This document shows, piece after piece, positions 15,684-20,000 of a DNA stretch of 20,000 nucleotides (its first letter is position 1; each line of letters opens with the position of its first letter). Position numbers and translations under genes: made by a program. The notes beneath the pieces were generated by a model. The model was not told the DNA's origin. It saw only the letters and a list, made by a program, of their open reading frames with translations, and made no database searches. This DNA is from an uncultured virus (IMG/VR IMGVR_UViG_3300025674_006584). Its lineage: Duplodnaviria > Heunggongvirae > Uroviricota > Caudoviricetes. The stretch lies in IMG/VR virus record IMGVR_UViG_3300025674_006584, one strand, 5' to 3'.

Positions 15684-16685
15684 ATGAAAAAAGATTTAAT
15701 AATGATAGGTACATATTGTCCTGATAAGGAAAGGGAGGACTTATTAGTAAATTGTATAGATTCTTTAAAAGAATGTAGAGATAAATATGATTTATTAATT
15801 GTAAGTCACAGCTATATACCTGAATATATTGCGAGAAATGTTGATTATGTAATTTTTGACAAAGAAAATGATTTATTAATAAATGATACCGATTATCTAA
15901 ATAAACCATGGTTTAGACCTATGGATAACTATATTATTCTTTCATCATACATAGGGCAATATAGTACTTTTTTGTCTGCGTATAGAATTTTAATTGCAGG
16001 TATAGGTTTTGCAAAAACATATTTATATAATAAAATTCATTTTATCGAGTATGATACTAAGGTAACAGATATTAATGAAATATATGAAAATTCTGATTTG
16101 TTAGATAATTATGACGCGGTATTTTATAATAGTTTTACAAACGAGAATAATAATGGGGATAATTGGTATCAGGGTAATTTTTTAAGTTTTAATTTAAAAA
16201 GTGTACCTGAGATATTTCAAAAATTTGATAGAGATAAACTACTAAAAATACTTAAGGAGAGTAACAGAAAATCTAATGAGTATTTTACGTATTTATTTTT
16301 CAATGAAAAAAATGAAAACATTTATTTAAAAGATTTTGATTATTTGAAAGATAAAATGATAACTGCTTTATCTGATTTTACTAGTAAAGAGGATTTAAAT
16401 TATTGGACAGTACCTTTTTATGATAGAACTGAAAACGTATTAAAAGTCATAACTTGGAATAATAAAGATGCAGGACCAATAAACGTTAATTATATAATAA
16501 ATGATAAAATATTAATAACACATAATATTAATATTTTTGCATGGAAAATTGATTATATTGGTAATTGTAGTGAGGTAAATAAAATAACCTGTATTGTTAA
16601 TGATAAAATAAAATACACCATTAATTTAAACGAAGAAAATATTGAAACGTTTAAAAATAGTAGTTATGGTGAATCTATAAATTAA
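15684..16685 (+). CDS. hypothetical protein, possibly glycosyltransferase-like
   Basis: N-terminal Rossmann-like pattern (CIDSLK..LLIVSH..VDYVIFD) and FIEYD, a possible DxD equivalent; very AT-rich. The function call is weak. Confidence 0.5.
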   Translation: MKKDLIMIGTYCPDKEREDLLVNCIDSLKECRDKYDLLIVSHSYIPEYIARNVDYVIFDKENDLLINDTDYLNKPWFRPMDNYIILSSYIGQYSTFLSAYRILIAGIGFAKTYLYNKIHFIEYDTKVTDINEIYENSDLLDNYDAVFYNSFTNENNNGDNWYQGNFLSFNLKSVPEIFQKFDRDKLLKILKESNRKSNEYFTYLFFNEKNENIYLKDFDYLKDKMITALSDFTSKEDLNYWTVPFYDRTENVLKVITWNNKDAGPINVNYIINDKILITHNINIFAWKIDYIGNCSEVNKITCIVNDKIKYTINLNEENIETFKNSSYGESIN

Positions 16686-17433
16686 AACCAAAATGTAAAT
16701 TAATACGAGATTTAGATAAAAAATAAATTGAAGTACCTACATTAATATTTCTAATATCGAACAACAAACCATAGACTAAACCGAAGTCTCTTTTTTCTGA
16801 ATCGTTTATTGAGTATTCACCATTTTCAGATAATATATGATACTCATCATAGAATACTAAATCTTTATCTATTCTATTAAAGTTTACACCCGCGAAATGA
16901 TTTACACCCTCAAATAAATCACTACCAATACCTAAAGTAAATGATGAATATTTTTCAAACTCATTTATTAACTCATCTTCCCAACTAAAAACCTCCGCAA
17001 ATGTTATATTGTTGTAATGCTCATATTCTGAGGACTTACTACCTTCGTAAGATAGATACATAAAGTTATTTTGACCACCAATAGTTGTGTATAAACCTAT
17101 AGAATTTGGAGATAATAAACCACCTACAAACCCTATTTTAGTGTTTAATTCTAATGGTTGTCTATTGTAGTAATTATTATCACTATAATATTCGTTACCA
17201 TAATATCCACTTCTATTTCTGTATGGTACGTAAGGAGTATATGGTGTGTATCTGTTATAATAATAAGGGTTAACTACTGTTGGTGTGGGTACAATAACAG
17301 GTGACTGCTCAACTATGGTAGTAAGATTAGTATTACGCTCCGACCTTTTCCTAACTTTTTCATCTACTTCAGATTGAGATAAGCAAACTATAGGAAACAA
17401 AAACAATAAACTTAAAATTTTATTCATCATCAT
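16675..17433 (-). CDS. secreted protein, putative outer-membrane beta-barrel
   Basis: Signal peptide MNKILSLLFLFPIVCLSQ, a Tyr/Pro-rich linker, amphipathic beta-strands and the C-terminal strand INLHFGFNL. Confidence 0.65.
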   Translation of the reverse strand: MMMNKILSLLFLFPIVCLSQSEVDEKVRKRSERNTNLTTIVEQSPVIVPTPTVVNPYYYNRYTPYTPYVPYRNRSGYYGNEYYSDNNYYNRQPLELNTKIGFVGGLLSPNSIGLYTTIGGQNNFMYLSYEGSKSSEYEHYNNITFAEVFSWEDELINEFEKYSSFTLGIGSDLFEGVNHFAGVNFNRIDKDLVFYDEYHILSENGEYSINDSEKRDFGLVYGLLFDIRNINVGTSIYFLSKSRINLHFGFNL

Positions 17434-17617
17434 CTATATTAAAAAATAAATGTTTAAAAAAGTAGTATAAAAATATCGACAACATCAAAGGCCAAACTGA
17501 TATCATCCAAAAACGCTCAGACATATCAACAGACTCACCATTCATACGAATTGTAGTTTCAATGAAAAGACCAACAATCGTACCAATGAATAGGTATATC
17601 CAAAGATAAAATAACAT
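17420..17617 (-). CDS. small two-TM membrane protein
   Basis: Two hydrophobic segments and an acidic tail. Confidence 0.7.
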   Translation of the reverse strand: MLFYLWIYLFIGTIVGLFIETTIRMNGESVDMSERFWMISVWPLMLSIFLYYFFKHLFFNIDDDE

Positions 17618-18003
17618 TAATTATAATATTTTTTCCAAATAGGTTCATCTTTACCTCTCATCATATTTCTTTTATACTCCAATACTTTTTTTGGTTCAAC
17701 AAAGTAGTGACCTTTATATGGTTTATTCATAGTATGAAACTTTATTAATTTTTCTGCAGAATCGGTTGTCCCATCACCATTTTTCCATTCCATAAAGAAT
17801 TCAATATCACCATCATTGAAACTACCTCCAGGACCAAACGGCCAAGCTTCAGGAAGTATGACAACGTCCAAGTCATTCACATCATTTATATACCCTGAGA
17901 CCGCTAAAGGTGACGACCCATAGACCACATATTCACGAGGATTTAGATTGTATTTAGATAATTGATTTAGTAATCTATTTAAATTTTCTCTTGGCTTACT
18001 CAT
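17617..18003 (-). CDS. minimal nucleotidyltransferase-fold protein (Pol beta superfamily)
   Basis: VYGS-x11-NDLDVVI matches the GS...DxD signature. Confidence 0.6.
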   Translation of the reverse strand: MSKPRENLNRLLNQLSKYNLNPREYVVYGSSPLAVSGYINDVNDLDVVILPEAWPFGPGGSFNDGDIEFFMEWKNGDGTTDSAEKLIKFHTMNKPYKGHYFVEPKKVLEYKRNMMRGKDEPIWKKYYN

Positions 18004-18023
18004 ATTAGTGATAATTACTTAAC

Positions 18024-18037
18024 TATAAATATTTATA
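18024..18037. promoter_or_regulatory. palindromic TATAAATATTTATA (bidirectional TATTTATA motif)
   Basis: Perfect palindrome between divergent starts 18003 (-) and 18056 (+). Confidence 0.55.
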
Positions 18038-18055
18038 AAGTATAATTAAAGATAA

Positions 18056-18958
18056 GTGAAAAAGAAAAAGAACATAGGTTTACTTAGGGTACTACTTACA
18101 AACAGAAATAAACTGTTAGAAAGTTATAGTAACAATGTTTTCGATATAGAGTTTTTTCAAAACTATTTCAACGAAGATTGTGAAAAGTACTTACAATATA
18201 TTATGAATAATAAATTATTGGAAGATAGGAATGAGTTTTTGGAACAAGCAGAGTCTGTAGGATGCGAACAATTTGGTATGAAGTTATTATACGAAGAAGA
18301 TTCTAAATATGTTGTAAATCAAATAAAAGAACTTTTTAGGTATGATATAGTAGATGACGGCAGACTTCTTTTAGATAAACAAGATTTGGCTAATATCATT
18401 AGACCTGATTACTTAGCAAGTATATTAGATGATTATGGGTTGTTCGAAGATTGGTTTCCTGAAATTGGCGTTGATGAAATTAAGGATATACTAAACGAAG
18501 AAGAGAAGAATAAATTGTCTAAAATGATGGGTAAAGAGTCCTTTGATTATAATGACTTAAAAGATACTGACTTACTGTCCGAACTTGAAAATATATATAG
18601 TTGGTCTTATAGACAGGCTTCAGAAGATGAGGTATTTGAAAGGATAATGAAAGACCTCGAAAACTATTTTCAAACCGATGATATCAAGTTTGATGAAGGT
18701 CGCGATGGTCGAAAATTACTATCAATAAAAATAGATACTTTCTTAAATAATATAATCCATGATTACTATACAGGTAATGTATATGAGGATTTTGACGTGC
18801 TTTTGGAGTGTAGTAATTTCTTTTGTTTCTTATCAGAAATGATAGATTATGATGATAGATATAGTACTATAGACTCGATAAGTCTAGATTATTTTTGGCC
18901 TGACAGTAGTAAAGTTGAGGATTTATTCCATGAATATTTTGAACAAGAGATAGGATGA
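18056..18958 (+). CDS. acidic hypothetical protein
   Basis: 300 aa D/E-rich ORF with a GTG start. Confidence 0.75.
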   Translation: MKKKKNIGLLRVLLTNRNKLLESYSNNVFDIEFFQNYFNEDCEKYLQYIMNNKLLEDRNEFLEQAESVGCEQFGMKLLYEEDSKYVVNQIKELFRYDIVDDGRLLLDKQDLANIIRPDYLASILDDYGLFEDWFPEIGVDEIKDILNEEEKNKLSKMMGKESFDYNDLKDTDLLSELENIYSWSYRQASEDEVFERIMKDLENYFQTDDIKFDEGRDGRKLLSIKIDTFLNNIIHDYYTGNVYEDFDVLLECSNFFCFLSEMIDYDDRYSTIDSISLDYFWPDSSKVEDLFHEYFEQEIG

Positions 18959-19611
18959 ATTACGACGATACAGATTACGAGAACAGATTAGAAGGATTAC
19001 AATCATCAGTAGGAGTACTTGAAAAAGTATTGAAATCTTTAGTGTTTAAGGGAGTAGAAGTCAAACACGATTTTCATGTTGTTGATAGTGACTATTTTCC
19101 ATATGTCTTGTTACAATTCTATATTGATATAGACAAACAGTTCAAAGGCTCTCCTACTTATGATGAAGACTATAAGAATGTCGTTCATGAAATAGAACAC
19201 AAAGTTGAGGATGTATTACGTTACGCTGGATTATCACCACATGGAGGAGTAGGTGCAACGAAACAACACTACACATATATAAACGATGATTATGTCAAAG
19301 AAGTTACCAAAAATTGTCATGACGAACTGATAAATATTCTAACCAATGAATACAACATACCTTATAATCTAATTCAAGAATACTTAATAATGATACAGCT
19401 GAATGATAATCCTGATTACCCAACAGACACAACTATATTAGCGTATTCATATCCATTGTCACAAGGTTTTGGTACTGATAGTAGACTTATGGATAATGGT
19501 ATTGATTGTGATAAACTAAGTGAGATTGTTGATGGAATATTTGAACGTAATGGAGTACTTGAGAGCGGATTCAGTTTTCAAAACTCAATATGTGAAAAAA
19601 ATATGAGATAA
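18955..19611 (+). CDS. acidic hypothetical protein
   Basis: 218 aa ORF with ATGA coupling. Confidence 0.75.
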   Translation: MNYDDTDYENRLEGLQSSVGVLEKVLKSLVFKGVEVKHDFHVVDSDYFPYVLLQFYIDIDKQFKGSPTYDEDYKNVVHEIEHKVEDVLRYAGLSPHGGVGATKQHYTYINDDYVKEVTKNCHDELINILTNEYNIPYNLIQEYLIMIQLNDNPDYPTDTTILAYSYPLSQGFGTDSRLMDNGIDCDKLSEIVDGIFERNGVLESGFSFQNSICEKNMR

Positions 19612-19704
19612 TTGAAAATTTATTAGATAATATAAGGGACTAATATAAAATTAAATTGATTTAAAAAGATTTATTAAATATAATTGTTTATAAAAACTTT
19701 TTTA

Positions 19705-19866
19705 ATGAGAAGATTATGGACAATATGGGCAAAAGCTTTGGGTTCTAAAGCCAATGAAAAAGATAATTGGTATAGTGATAAGGTGGCAATTATAAGAACA
19801 TTTATAGTCTTTCAAGCAGTAATAACTAACTTATTAATTTGTCTAAACATTTATAAAAATTGGTAA
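19705..19866 (+). CDS. small phage membrane-associated protein (WAKALG..K family)
   Basis: MRRLWTIWAKALGSKA..SDKVAIIRT plus a hydrophobic tail; start re-called to ATG 19705. Confidence 0.7.
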   Translation: MRRLWTIWAKALGSKANEKDNWYSDKVAIIRTFIVFQAVITNLLICLNIYKNW

Positions 19867-20000
19867 TGATTAAAGAAATTATAGAAAAAAACTTTAAAAC
19901 TTTTGTGACAGAGATTGACGGAAATTATCAAGTCACGTTTCAGGGTATAGGAGGTCAAGAAGGGTATGTAGTTTTCAGAGAGGCTAAAAGAGGGTGGTCT
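19866..20000 (+). CDS. partial hypothetical protein (5' end)
   Basis: TAATG coupling; MIKEIIEKNFKTFVTEIDG... stays open to the window edge. Confidence 0.65.
   Translation, partial: MIKEIIEKNFKTFVTEIDGNYQVTFQGIGGQEGYVVFREAKRGWS

Noticed and set aside
238..15909. Numerous short antisense or out-of-frame ORFs in the ORF track (e.g. 1373-1765, 3516-3809, 5160-5513, 9232-9510, 14593-14832)
   Set aside because: They are shadows of well-supported genes on the other strand or frame.
1..20000. CRISPR array, IS/transposase, integrase, or intron/intein in thyA
   Set aside because: No regularly spaced repeats or recombinase motifs were seen. thyA is a continuous ORF whose insertions lack intein motifs.
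1..20000. Alternative genetic code (stop-codon reassignment)
   Set aside because: Conserved enzymes are full-length and coding density is high under the standard code.

Overview
This AT-rich, densely coding 20 kb window reads as a segment of a large (jumbo/huge) dsDNA phage genome. The host is most likely Bacteroidota, based on TTTG-N19/20-TAnnTTTG promoters, a T9SS-like C-terminal sorting signal and few obvious Shine-Dalgarno sites. It carries nucleotide and metabolic genes (pckA, thyA, purA, DHFR, Nudix, HAD, rmlB), a DUF3310 gene overlapping a beta-class DNA methyltransferase, a secreted two-domain fasciclin, a DHH phosphoesterase, DUF192, a DUF6915/DUF6878-like pair, a putative outer-membrane beta-barrel and many hypothetical proteins. 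The most striking element is an ~810 nt GC-richer, heavily base-paired non-coding RNA (about 7050-7862, GOLLD-like). It is preceded by stacked promoters and an rRNA-type boxA, closed by an intrinsic terminator, and followed by a PD-(D/E)XK-like nuclease gene. A recurrent TATTTAT(A) motif precedes many genes, several of which share an N-terminal leader ending in (I/L)xE that resembles a capsid-targeting or protease-cleaved signal. All family calls come from motif recognition by eye; no searches were run.
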